From: Octopus vulgaris
Lineage: Eukaryota
Direction of reading: 5' to 3'
DNA: 64,000 nucleotides
NCBI GenBank assembly: GCA_951406725.2
Contig: OX597833.1
Span: forward strand, 25,482,001-25,546,000
Under the pieces are notes generated by a model, which was given only the letters and a program-made list of their open reading frames with translations, ran no database searches and had not been told where the DNA came from. This document shows positions 1-11,915 of the stretch, piece after piece (the first letter of the stretch is position 1; the number at the start of each line of letters is the position of its first letter). The position numbers were made by a program, and so were the translations under genes.

Positions 1-19
1 ACATACATACATACATACA

Positions 20-54
<35 letters not shown>

Positions 55-163
55 CCCTCCATTTATCCATATCTGTCTGTCTGTCTTTCTATCTCTCTCA
101 CACACACTCTCTCTCTATATATATACACACATACACATTTATACCTATATATATATATATGCG

Positions 164-197
<34 letters not shown>

Positions 198-340
198 CAT
201 GTATACACATATACACACATACATATATATACATAGATATACAAATATATATATATATATACGTATATACATACATATACATATGTGTGTGTATAACCTG
301 TATGTATATATGCATGCATTAAGTGTGTGCGTGTGTGTAT
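1..340. repeat. Compound microsatellite (ACAT)n/(TA)n/(CA)n/(TG)n
   Basis: Direct reading: (acat)13 followed by TA, CA and TG tracts. Confidence 0.95.
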
Positions 341-603
341 TTAATTCATATATATATTTCAGCTACTAACGTGATTTACATTATCGATCACGCATCACCA
401 CCACACCTAATAACGCCCTTATACCATGACACTGCATCGCCATTATTTTTATTCAATATCATCAAAATATCAATATCGATTATATTGCCGTGATTATTTC
501 CCCATTTCATATCTTTCTTCTGTGGAATACAGAAACGTAGTCTTTTCTCCTTTATTTATTTTTTTTTTAAATCATAAGAAAATATTCATTACAAGCAGAG
601 CTG

Positions 604-611
604 AACTACTT

Positions 612-684
<73 letters not shown>
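604..684. repeat. (CTA)n trinucleotide microsatellite
   Basis: Near-perfect cta repeat; source of the poly-Leu ORF 426..980. Confidence 0.97.
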
Positions 685-2399
685 CAACGTATCACTCTTT
701 ATCTATATCGGTATATATACATACAACCACATACATATACATGCATAACATATATAATACAGAGACACACACACACACAATACACACATTATACACACTC
801 ACACACTCACTCACTCACACACACAGGCAGTCACACAAACTGATATATTGTCAAATAGTAAATTATAGTAGAGTGGCTAAATATGATGTCCGATATTCAT
901 ACATATATACATGCACGCGTGCATTTGTGTGTGTTTATGTGTGTGTGTGTGTGTGTGTGTGTGTTTGTTTGTGTGCGTGAGTTGTTGTGTGTCTGTGCGC
1001 ATGCGTAATATAATGTACCAGGATTTCCCGACTGGGATGAAATTACTAATTACTTTGGACGTTGAACCCTCCAATAAGCAAAGATGACTATACATACCTG
1101 CGTGCCTCTGTATACACTTCTGTATATATTGGTACATGCGCGTGTGTGCGTGTATTTATTTGCGTACATGTGCATTTGTTTCCGTGTTTTTGCGTGTGAG
1201 TGTGAACTTGTTTCTTATTTTATACTAATTATACAGTTACATTTATAGATATTCGCTCGGAAATAAAAAGAATGAGAAGGAGAGGAGTGAGAGAGGGAGA
1301 GGGGGAGAGATGGGGTGGAAAGGAGATAGAGGAGTGGGAGTGAAAAAGAGAGAGTGAGAGAGAAAAATTCTTTTTATCCAATTCATGTTTGATGTGTTTC
1401 TAATTAGATTTGGAACGCTCTTGATTAATTATATGCAGGGCCCCATTTCTCATTCTCTTTATTTAGGTAGCAAGCTGTAGCTTCTGGGATCTATGTTGAT
1501 TATTTTCATTTGATATTCTTTACTCCACTTATGTAAGTGAATGTTTCATTTAGAAGGGAATCTTTGTGATACAGCTAGAGTACTCGCTGCAGAATGAATT
1601 CATGGCCTTCTGCTTAACTCTTAAATCAATAAAAGCACGATTCCCAGTTAATTTGGAAGTTAGAATGACAGACCGAGTCAAAAAGAGAGAGAAAGAGAGG
1701 AACATTTGATAGAACGATTATATTTCATACTTAATCTTACTAGATTCGTTCTTACCGAGTATGAATGCTTGAACAGGTGAACAGAATCTTCTAAGTGGCA
1801 TACTGCGATAAAGAAAAAAAATTGCTGCATTTCATATTGTTTTGATAACCAAGTTTGATGCTCATTCAATTTTTTACTGTATGCCTCTAGCAAAATCGTA
1901 CTATTTATAATCAAGCTTTTTCTCTTCTCTAGGTTCAATCACTTGCCTAGAGTTTAATGCATTTTATGCTCTTTGTAGAAGAGAGCACAGAAAAAAATAT
2001 CAACAAATATTACAATTGAAAGAGAAAAATAAGAGAAAACACATGACCGAATTACATTTTTTTTCTAAAAATGGAAGGCTTTACAGAGAGGAGAGAAAGG
2101 AAAATGTTTTCTGTCATTGAAAAATTGTCTTAGGCATATTTCACAAGCTATAAACAGAAAAATGTCCCCTAATTGTATTAATATAAAGAAATAAAATAAT
2201 CCAACCTCATTACTATTTTAGATTCAATGCCTTTGGGGGTCAAAATGGTTTTTCATTCATCCGCAATCGATAAAAGAAGTACCAACAGCCCACTGGAAAG
2301 CGTATATCTGAAATACCATGCTATTGTTAAGACTCAACATTACAACCACAACAACAAGAACAATAATAATAATAAAAATAATAATAATAATAAACTGTT

Positions 2400-2630
2400 C
2401 CAGGTATTGTTGCCAACTGGGTATTTCGCATGAAATTCGGTATTTGCTGCTTTTAATGCCAGAATATTGGTTTCTTTGAGATGGTCCCAATGACATCTAT
2501 CTCAACAGACTCTATGAAAGCGTTTCACTTCCAATGCTAAGTCTTGGTACTTCCGGCCTTTCTCGATCTCTATCTTCTCAATATTCTCATTTGCAGATAT
2601 AACTACAACGATGCACAATTTTGTGTTATC
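2400..2630 (-). mobile_element. R4/Dong-type non-LTR retrotransposon fragment (restriction-like endonuclease C-terminus)
   Basis: Minus-strand translation TKLCIVVVISANENIEKIEIEKGRKYQDLALEVKRF fits the CxIID(I/V)xxPxDxNIxxKExEKxxKYxDLxxEIxRxW pattern of RLE-type elements. Confidence 0.75.
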
Positions 2631-2644
2631 ATCATCATTAGTAA

Positions 2645-2825
2645 GGCGGTGAGCTGGCAGAATCGTTAGCACGCTTGATGAAATACTTAGCCGTATTTCG
2701 CCTGTCGCTACTTTCTGGGATAAAATTCCAGCTAGGTAGACTTTGCCTTCCATCCTTTCGAGATCGATAAATTAAGTACCTGTTGAACACAGAGGTCGAT
2801 GTAAAAGAATCATCACCTCCCCCAT
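2645..2825 (+). mobile_element. tRNA-derived SINE, Meta/MESC-core family (octopus-type)
   Basis: Head ggcggtgagctggcagaatcgttagcacg; core gccttccatcctttcgagatcgataaattaagtacc; many other copies in the window. Confidence 0.85.
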
Positions 2826-2916
2826 ATATTTTAGAAACAATCCTTTTTACAAGCCTACGAGCAAGTACGTTTTTAGCGAAATGCACACACACACATACAA
2901 ACACATATACATATGC

Positions 2917-2952
<36 letters not shown>

Positions 2953-2953
2953 G

Positions 2954-2991
<38 letters not shown>

Positions 2992-3071
2992 CTCAATGCG
3001 AGGTTTTAATAAAAAAGTTAGTTCACGTTCCCTTTACAGCGTAAAAAAGTCTTATGACATCAGCAATATAT

Positions 3072-3133
<62 letters not shown>

Positions 3134-3212
3134 TGTACATATATACATATAAATATATATACATATATACATATACATAGACACACATACCCACACACAC
3201 ACACATGCTGTT

Positions 3213-3517
3213 GACGTCAGAAGAATTTTATAAGCTTTGGAGGAAACGTGAAGGAAACGTTTTTTTTGCATAAAATCTCGCAGCACACATAAATTTAGAA
3301 ATAATAATATGAAAATATTGGATTGAAAAACCCTATTGGATAGAAAATTCAACATTTTCTATTCAACGGGTGTTTTTTTTTGTTTTGTTTTTAACTTAAT
3401 ATTTTCATAAATTTATTTATTTTGAGCTTGCTACAAGATATTCCAAAAATAAAATTAAATAAAATAAAGAAAATGTTTCACCTTCTCCCTAAAATACATA
3501 AAAGTCTTACGATGTCC
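3213..3517. mobile_element. Degenerate MITE-like element, plus an inverted partial end at ~2997-3065
   Basis: Imperfect terminal inverted repeats gacgtcagaagaatttta / taaaagtcttacgatgtc; a related terminus taaaagtcttacggctc recurs at ~33608. Confidence 0.4.
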
Positions 3518-4489
3518 GAAGATTAAAAAAAGTAACCGTTTTGAAACGCAACTCCAGTACCAACGACAACAACGTTTCATAATACAGAAAACTTTGGGTG
3601 TCATAGAATGTGTATTGACTAAAAACTGCTCAAGAAAAATGAAAAAGAATAGTGCGTGGACGATGTGCGCCGCAAAATGCCATCCCTCTTTAGCTTACGA
3701 ATTTATGCAGGGAGCGAGTAAAGCCATTTATGACTGGGTGAGTGCTCCATCGATCGGATCGTGATGTATTGAAACGTATGTCTGCTTTTCTTTTTTTATC
3801 CTATGTCAAGGCGATGGAACAGGGTAAACTGAAATGCCAGAACCCTTCTTACAGGCTACTTCCATAGCACATATGTCTCAGAAACACTTGAATCAATAAT
3901 TACATTCGGGATAGAGAGAAAGGGGGAGGGAGATAAAGAAAGAGAGAAAGATAGGGAGAGAGAGAGGTGGGTGCAAGCGATAGACGTAAATAGCTTTTGC
4001 TGAAGCTTTTGTAATATTACTCCATCGTTCATTAGAGAACCTTAATTAGTAAAGCCGAAGTCCGCCTATCGTTTCCCAAACTTAAAGAATAGCCCTACAA
4101 AAACTATACTACAGCATCAATGACACTTTATCAACGACAACAATAACGAAATCAACTACAACAACAACAGCAGCAGCAGCAGCAAAGGAGCTAAAAACTA
4201 AAGAAAATTAAAAAGAAAAAGTATAACACGCCAACACCAATGCAATAACAACAGCAGCAACAACAACAACTACTGCTGCTGCAGCAGTGCAAGAAACACA
4301 GTTATAGACTCATGTCAGCATGAGTTAAATAATCACCAAGAGAATAATGAATGATTCTACCTGTTAATTAAATGTATCTAACCATGTAGTTAGGATGTGA
4401 ATAATGTTGTTATTCATGTTATTGTTCCTGATAGAGTTCTGCCTCCCATCTTCACCATTTCATTTCGGCTGTTGTTGCGTTTCTACTTC

Positions 4490-4581
4490 CTCCTCCTCTA
4501 GCTGTCTTTATTGTTGTTGTTGCTGCTGCTACCACTGCTACCACTGCCACCACCACCACCATCACCACCACCACCACCACC

Positions 4582-4640
<59 letters not shown>

Positions 4641-4670
4641 GACGACGACGACGACGACGACAACGACAAC
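4490..4670. repeat. Compound trinucleotide microsatellite (TGY)n-(CAC)n-(TAC)n-(GAC)n-(AAC)
   Basis: Direct reading. Confidence 0.95.
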
Positions 4671-4859
4671 GTTTTCTGTCCAATTATCAATATTAATGTA
4701 TCAACTCTTCCTTCAATTGATGTTAAACTCACATTTGCTTTGTCCTTCATATTACTAATGGCTATCATTCATTACCTTTCTGGCAATAAAAAGAATTATT
4801 TTCATTAGTCGATACACTTATTTTTAGCTTGTTTCTGCTGCCCTGCCGAGTGCATCTCA

Positions 4860-5890
4860 ATGCGCCTGGGTTCAGGCAGTATTTTCGTTTGGTTTTATAT
4901 TTTCTGCTGTATTGAAAGTACTTTGCATATTATACGTGGACATTACTATTTTCCTTTTGTTGTGCACATTTGAGGTATTGGTGAAGTGGTTTTCCTTTTT
5001 CTATTTTAATCATCTTCGGGCCAACAATAATTATAGAAATTGTTTCTGTTATCTTTCACCAAGTTCTCCTTATCTCGATGTCCAGATTTTTATATTTCAA
5101 TAACTTCTCGATTTTTCTTAAAGATTTATTTATCATCTCCTGGCAATTTTTCACAATATCGCCATCTGAATTTCTGAATTGTATCGATCTTTCATCTGTG
5201 TGGTGTAGAATATCCCTCCACAATATGGTCGATTTTCTGTACATGTACATATGTGTGCGAGCGCGCGTGTACGTGTTGACAGTTGAAAATGCAGATACAA
5301 TTTCCAGCGTATGAGAGCAATAACTCTCTCATGTCTTTAGAAGCTTTCTCTCTTCATTAAGACAAGCCATGACGACGTGGGTAATTGTTTTACTCCTATC
5401 TCCAAGTATTCTGCAGTTACGCTATTCTGACAGTTTTGGTGATAATGCTTTCACTCTGTGCCACAATCACGAATCACTCAGTCTCTGTTTTCTGTTCAGT
5501 GTTTCTTAACTTGTACTTTGAATGGTTTTTATCTATTGCTATGCTAATTATAATCATGTGGGAACTTTCCTTGAAATGTTTGTAGTTTGGTAATTTTAAT
5601 CAATTTTCTATCTTTCTTATGATATTTCTTGATGTTTACCCATTCTCAGCACAACTATGCATTACTTCAAAGACAAAAAAAGAAGAAAAAAGTAGTGTTT
5701 AATTAATGCTTCAAGTATCCACATGCGGAAGATACTGTTTAAAATACTACTGGTGGTCAAACCATATCAGGGACAAAATGTCGTTACTTTTATTTTAGTG
5801 TTTGATTATAGCTTCATTGATCGGAATTGATTTTTACAATTAAATGACCTTTTTGTAGAACTCCTGACCTTCTCAAGAAAGGTTGTTGGT
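4860..5890 (-). mobile_element. Decayed R4/Dong-type LINE 3' portion (post-RT region, zinc knuckle, RLE)
   Basis: Minus-strand peptide remnants in the expected order: KTETE*FVIVAQSES, NCRILGD..TITHVVMAC, RHERV, TILW..HTD, KYKNLDIEIRRTW, ETISIIIVG. Confidence 0.75.
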
Positions 5891-5939
5891 TTCCCAAATG
5901 TTTATTTATTTATTTAGAAACTGTTGTAAGTCTTTCTAA

Positions 5940-6175
5940 GATTATAATGGAAAGTCGCTTTGCAGGACATTGCTAGTGAGCAAAATAAGAACTAGCAACT
6001 GACCTCTTGCTATGGATGCAAAAGCATAGCCGCACTGGTGCCCAACGTATGTAGATCAACTCATCTACAGGCACTGAATGCTTCTCTGAGGACTTCACTC
6101 AACTAATGTAGGACCGTGATGGACAGCGTGTGCATTTCTAAAATGTCCCAGCCAGCCCATACAGGTAATGGTAGT
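5940..6175 (+). mobile_element. RTE/RTE-X-type LINE 3' fragment
   Basis: Translations RFAGHC**AK*ELATDLLLW, TYVDQL and EDFTQLM*DRDG match RTE-clade ORF C-termini. Confidence 0.7.
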
Positions 6176-6383
6176 GAAGCTGTAGCAAGACATAAAAGGC
6201 GTCTTTAGCTTCTAGGCTTTCGCTAGTTTTTTCGTCCCAATGAGTAAGTGGAGTTTTGTCCCCAGTTACTTTGTTATCTTATTAAACATATCCGCTTGGA
6301 TCTTACGTGTCTCAGTTACAGGATTTTAACCAGATGAAAAATTATTTCTTACGTAATATTTTCTTCATTGCCTATATCATCTC

Positions 6384-6384
6384 T

Positions 6385-6446
<62 letters not shown>

Positions 6447-6462
6447 TCTTCTTCTACTACTA
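6384..6462. repeat. (CTA)n/(CTT)n microsatellite
   Basis: Direct reading. Confidence 0.95.
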
Positions 6463-6879
6463 CCACTACAGCTGAGTGTTGTCAATGTTGTCAAGTATTT
6501 TCTAGCAATATTTGTCTCTGCATTACATTGGACACCTCTGTATTCCTGAAGTGTAAACAGTATCAGTGTTTGGTATAGCGGAATGTAGCTATTAGATCTA
6601 ATTAGCCGAGTTTTTCTTCGTGACTTCTGTCGTTTTAATTCGGTTCTCTTTTGTTGCATAACAGTTTATAGCATTAACTGCGGATTGTGTGGGCCGTTGT
6701 TGCGTGGGTTTTGTTGATGTACTTATTGGATTGTAGTTGCGTCGAATATATATTAAACATGCTGTTATAATATTTACACCCTATGTAGTAATTTGTTCTG
6801 CCCGCGGTGTATTATATTATAGGTAGATAACTGTGTAGTAAATGTACTCAATATATTGCGTTTACAATTTTGCCAAACG

Positions 6880-7200
6880 AAATGAATGTGAAGAATACGT
6901 GCTGTGGGAGTTCTGATATTTAAATAAACGTATATTACATAAAATGTGCGTTGTACCTACTAGAGCTATATTTTTGAATTTATGTACATCTGCGTTCTCT
7001 GATATAATTTTATTTTGCTTGTTTATTATTTTTTGTACAATATCAAAAGTAAAAACCAAATGTACCAAATATTATCGATAGTGTTTATATTTTCTTTCAC
7101 TTCAATATTTCTTTACTGTCTTTCTTGCATTTCTGGTGGATGTTTTCGCCATTAGCATCTGAGATGTCTCACGCTGGTGTATATTACCTTTTCATGGATG
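6880..7200 (-). mobile_element. R4/Dong-type LINE extreme C-terminal fragment
   Basis: KFKNIALVGTTHILCNI resembles the terminal QKxxLLGTAHILRKVL motif. Confidence 0.55.
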
Positions 7201-7304
7201 AATTTCCTCACCCAATTAGAATATGTAGATATCAAACCGCTTATTATGTTATATTTTTATAATTGTTTCCATAGCTAAAACCCCAGTCTTATATATTTGA
7301 AATA

Positions 7305-7470
7305 TTGATTTCATATTTTGGCACAAGGCCAGCAAATTCATGAAAAGGGATAAGTCAATTACATCAACCCCAGTACTTGACCGGTATTTATTTTATCGAG
7401 CCCGAAAGGAAAAACGGCAAAGCCGACGTCGGCGGAAGTTGAACTCAGAACATTTCTCCCAGCTCGCCGG
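7305..7470 (-). mobile_element. Meta/MESC-core SINE
   Basis: Reverse complement of core and tail (ggcacaaggccagc...ttttatcgagcccgaaagg...gaactcagaac). Confidence 0.8.
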
Positions 7471-7714
7471 CCAGTACAATTGAACTAATTCGTTCTTTCA
7501 TTTTTATCATAATGCAATAACTTTTGACTCATTCCTTGGTCCCACGCAGGTGATCACCCTTTCTGTCTGTCTTTACAAGGGGATTGTATGACCTCCATAT
7601 TTTACCCTCTAGTTGGAGCATACCCGAATGAGCAGACGTATGATAAAAAAATATTTACGACCATCCTATATTTTGTGGGGGTACTCTAGGACAAAATTAG
7701 CGAATATAAATCTT

Positions 7715-8081
7715 GGATGTTTACCCTTTGAACGGCAGATCGAGAAACCCTAACTCAAAAACCCTAACCCTAACCCTAAAACACTAACCCTAAAGCCCTA
7801 AAGCTAAAACCAGTACAAACGCACGAACGATGTCATAAATATCAGTGACAAACGAAATATACACTTCTGATAGCTGTTGTTGACAAACAACGGCAGTAAT
7901 TTTATTCAGCTGAATACACTTCATTGATTAGTTGAAATTACCAAAATACTACAACTTTAACACGAAATAACATTGAAAACATAAATGTTTTATATGACAC
8001 ATTCTACCAGTGTCCAAAGTTTGAAAGGGATTAGTTTCACAAAATTAGTTTCTCGATCTGCTGTTCAAAGGGAAAAGATCC
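7715..8081. mobile_element. Merlin-like MITE with internal telomeric repeats
   Basis: 34-bp TIRs with 3 mismatches (ggatgtttaccctttgaacggcagatcgagaaac / gtttctcgatctgctgttcaaagggaaaagatcc); 8-bp TSD taaatctt/taaatcct; GG..CC ends with 8-9 bp TSDs are typical of Merlin. Confidence 0.75.
7745..7812 (-). repeat. Interstitial degenerate (TTAGGG)n inside the MITE
   Basis: aaccctaaccctaaccctaaaacactaaccctaaagccctaaagc. Confidence 0.85.
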
Positions 8082-8619
8082 TAAATCCTCTCATTTCTGA
8101 AACCTTGAGTTCTAGTTTGAGAGATATTTAGCTGCTAACTAAGCAGAGCCTCCTGATTTGCTTCATTGTTTAAAAATACTGTTCGAGAGTTCTGTTTCAT
8201 TTTATAATATATTTTCCGTGTATTTTCTATAAGTTTTTCTATTTGTTTTGTCATTAGCTACACATTTATCTTTCCGAGTAATTAACTCCTAATCTGTGAT
8301 TTATTACATCATGAAGAAATATTTCTAGTTTCAATACACGATCTCAAATAAAGTAAAACTGCCATGTCTTAAATCTCACTTCCAGATTTGAAATTACACT
8401 TCAGTCGACTGTCGAGAGATGCTTAGATTACATACCAGTCATATATACGAGTCGAATCAATCGACTGTGCTGCTTACATGTCAGGAGATTCTCTCCATTA
8501 GGCCAAAGTGGGAATTCATTCGTAATGCATTTTATCGATAATCTTCTTAAAACTAAATAGGTGCCTCGCTTGATAATATACTGATTTCTGATTCTGTTTA
8601 ATTAAGTGAACAAATAGGA

Positions 8620-9072
8620 CGATTAATAATGATGGCGATGATGATAGTGGTTTTGCTGGTGGTGGAGGTGGTGGTAGTGGAGATATGATAAGGGTGGTAA
8701 TGATGTAGTAGCAATAATGATAAGGATGGTAGTGGTGGTGGCTGTGGTGCTGGTGGTACAAGCCAATGCTGCTGCTTCTGATGATGATGTTGATGATGAT
8801 GATGGTAGAAGTGGCAGCGATGGCAATGGTGGGGTGACACCGTAGTAGTGATAATTAAGGCAGTGTTAGTGGTGGAGAAGACGACAACAATGATGATGAT
8901 GATCATGATGATCATGATGGCGACGACGGCGATGGTAGTGGTAGTGGTGGTGGAAGATGGTGAATATGATGACGAAAATGTCGATGGCGGTGAAATCAAT
9001 AATAATAATGATGCTGGTAAGTTGGAGGAGGAAGAGGAAGTGGTGGATGACAACGACGTCAACGAACATGAC
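8620..9072. repeat. Degenerate (GAT/GGT/GAC)n trinucleotide low-complexity tract
   Basis: Direct reading. Confidence 0.85.
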
Positions 9073-9432
9073 GATGTTTGACACCTCACACGCTCAAAGC
9101 GTGTGAGAGTTGTTAAACGTCTGAAGCAATCATAGCTGAGGTTTAGCATAGCTGCTAAATAATTAACTACTGTAAATCAAATGCTGAGAGGACAGCTGAC
9201 ATGTTCAATTTATCTCTGTACACGACATTTACCAGATTTGCTTTCTCGAGCAGACATCATCATCGCTGTTGTTGTTGTTGATGTTGTCGTCGTCGTCGTT
9301 TTTGTATTTAATTTTTGGTGAGAGAGTGTCGGTGGCGGAAGGTCTTTTGAAATCTAATCAACTTTCGGCTCAGATCTAGTGATTGGTGTGATTCGAGAAA
9401 GATATTAGCAGAGAAACAGAACAGAAGCGGTG

Positions 9433-9433
<1 letters not shown>

Positions 9434-9484
<51 letters not shown>

Positions 9485-9519
9485 AGGAAGGAGTCAGAGA
9501 GGGAGAGAGAGAGAGAGAG

Positions 9520-9562
<43 letters not shown>

Positions 9563-9690
9563 GGAAGGGGGGAGAAAATGATAGACAGAGAGAATAAGAC
9601 AAAAAGAAAATAGAAACAGTAACAGAATAAGAGAGAGTGAGAAGAGAAAGAGAGAGCCAGAGACAGAGTGAGGAAGAGAGGGGAGGAGAG
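9434..9690. repeat. (GA)n/(GAAA)n polypurine tract
   Basis: Direct reading. Confidence 0.95.
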
Positions 9691-10004
9691 AAATATTGAA
9701 TTATTTACTCCAGAGGTGAAGAGATAGCGGCTAACTCAAAGACTTCCAGCTTTAATAAAATCGTAATGAAAAGGGAATTCTGCTGTCCGGTAATTCGTAG
9801 GGAGCGCAGAGTTGCTTACGTCATCATATTGAGTATTTCAAGATATACTATTTCAGCAGTGTGTATAGTCTCTCTCTTTTTCTCCACCGCATTCTCTTAT
9901 CCGCCTCCTCTGTGTCGCTCTATGCCTAATATTATGCTTCTCACACATAGTCAACGCTAATAATCCAATGCACGACTAATGATACTTGCAAAAATGTAGG
10001 TGTA

Positions 10005-10150
10005 TGGTATGAAGCCTACTTCACAATCACATAGATCCAGGTTCAGTCCTTCTGCGTGGCACCATGAGCAAGTGTCTTCAACTATAGCTTCCGGCCAACC
10101 GAAGCCTTATGAGTGGACTTGGTAGCCGAAAACTGAAAGAAGCCCGACAT
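10005..10150 (+). mobile_element. CORE-type tRNA SINE (OR2-like), 5' module
   Basis: B-box-like ggttcagtcc; CORE-like gcaccatgagcaagtgtcttc; ends gaaaactgaaagaagcccg before a TA tract. Confidence 0.8.
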
Positions 10151-10164
10151 TTATATATATATAT

Positions 10165-10820
10165 TGGTAATGGTAGATGAGTTCAGCAAAAATTTAGATT
10201 CAGATGAATATGGTACTTAAGTTGAGGCACCAGAATTTAGTACGGTATTATCCATACAATTTCAAAGTAAGGTGATTAAAATCAAAATAAGCAACAGGGA
10301 TATAGAGTAACTCTATAGAGTGACCTCTATGCTGGAGTGAGACAGCATGTTTTTTGTCTATCTCCCTAACTTCTTGGAGATTTTAGGTATAATTACACTA
10401 ATGTGTCCATCTGTTTTAATTTAATTAAATTCTATGTCTTTGTGCTCTGCATTTTAAATTGATGTAATGATTGCATTGTTCAATTAAATGGACTTGCATG
10501 AAACAATCGTACTGCATTACTTCTGGATATCCTTGTTGCCTATTTTGATTATATTTCTGTCCTTGTTTTCGTATATATTCGATGCTTTTTTTCAAAGAAT
10601 CTAATGCTCTTAGCTTAGTTTTTCCTTGGGGCTGGCCAGATTGGAGCAATCTCAAGATTAATCAGCCGAAATTTCGAGGATGAACCGGTTCTTGACTGAA
10701 GATAAAAGGCTTCGAATGACCCGTCCTTGTTTTTTGTGTATCGTCTATCTGGATGTTTTGTTGTCCCTTTTTGTATTACATAGTTGTCCGGATGTTTTGC
10801 GTTCTTGTCCCATTTTGTAT
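10165..10820 (+). mobile_element. (TA)n-embedded dispersed repeat, probably Penelope-like pLTR remnant (family also at ~15600 and ~48665)
   Basis: Segment 10575-10820 (gaatctaatgctc...gcaatctcaagattaatcagccgaaatt...gttttgcgttcttgtccca) recurs in reverse complement twice more; TA tracts on both flanks. The Penelope assignment is inference. Confidence 0.55.
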
Positions 10821-10841
10821 TTTATTTTATATATATATATA

Positions 10842-11649
10842 CAGAGAATGATGGGTAGATTGACACCATTCTATATTTTCAATTTTGCGCAAGTGCATTG
10901 TTTGCTTTTGATTGTGTCAACTACAGATTATACTAGGGTCAGTTGTGAGAAAAGCAGCACCATCATGCAATTCACTCCGCCAAAAATTTGGAAACGGCAT
11001 GCTGTACTGCCTGGCATTTGCGCCGGAAGCTCCAATAAAAACATTTCAGAGTGTTTGGGTGTCAATCTGAGTAAAATGCATGTACCGACAGTGATAAAAA
11101 TCAAATGTCCAGTCAAAATCCAGTATTTGGAGTGATCACTAGTGATGGCGACGTTATGCCTCCATCCATCTACTCACAGGCCTCAGTCTCAACATGGAGG
11201 TCTACATCAAGTGACTGGAGGAGGTAGTAATACCCTGGCTCAAAAGAGAGGCTTCTGAAAGACCCTATGTTTGACAACATGACTTTGCACCATGCCACAC
11301 AAGCAGAAGAACCCAATCATGGCTGTCAATTTCTGCGACCACATCACTCCTAAAATCTGGTCACCTAACTCTCCAGACTGCAACCTCCTTGATTATGTTG
11401 AACGCCCCATACATAATAGTATAAGATGAACTGAAGGCAAGGATTATAGCCACATTCACCAAGAAGGACACCGTCCAATAGAGTTGCAGGAGATTCTGAA
11501 GTCATCTGGAAGCCGTCCGTGGTTGAAATCAATGGCGATATTTCAAATAACTTTTCATGTCATTTTGGTAAATATATCTTTTAAATTGAGATGTCAGTGT
11601 TATTTTCATTTTTGCGTAACTTAGACGACAGTATATTCAGCGCACCCTG
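10842..11649 (+). mobile_element. Internally deleted Tc1/mariner element, DD37D (maT/Bmmar1-like)
   Basis: TA-cag...ctg ends; remnants MQFTPPKIWKRHAVLPGICAGSSN, ITSDGDVMPP, QHDFAPCHTSRRTQSWL, IWSPNSPDCNLLDY with stops and frameshifts. Confidence 0.85.
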
Positions 11650-11713
<64 letters not shown>

Positions 11714-11749
11714 TGAGTGTATATATATATATACATATATATATGGAGG

Positions 11750-11915
11750 GGTGTCTTTACTACAGATGTTGGTGTGATTACGTGTCCGCATTTTAGTAGT
11801 TCGGCCAAACTTACGGATAGAAAAACTACTAGGCTTAAAACGAAATTAAGTCAGTGGTTGATTTGTTCCAGTACACTACTTGAAAGCAGTGCCCCAGTAT
11901 GGCTGCTGTCAAGTA
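11750..11915 (+). mobile_element. OR2-like SINE 3' module (degenerate)
   Basis: gatgttggtgtg..ttcggcc..gatagaa..actaggctt..gtgccccagtatggctgc. Confidence 0.65.

Noticed and set aside
7745-7812. Telomere or chromosome-fusion scar
   Set aside because: Short, degenerate and enclosed by TIRs and a TSD, so it is part of a MITE.
8848-9081. Acidic ORF (EDGEYDDENVDGG...EEEEE)
   Set aside because: Lies within a degenerate GAT/GGT microsatellite with no convincing splice sites.
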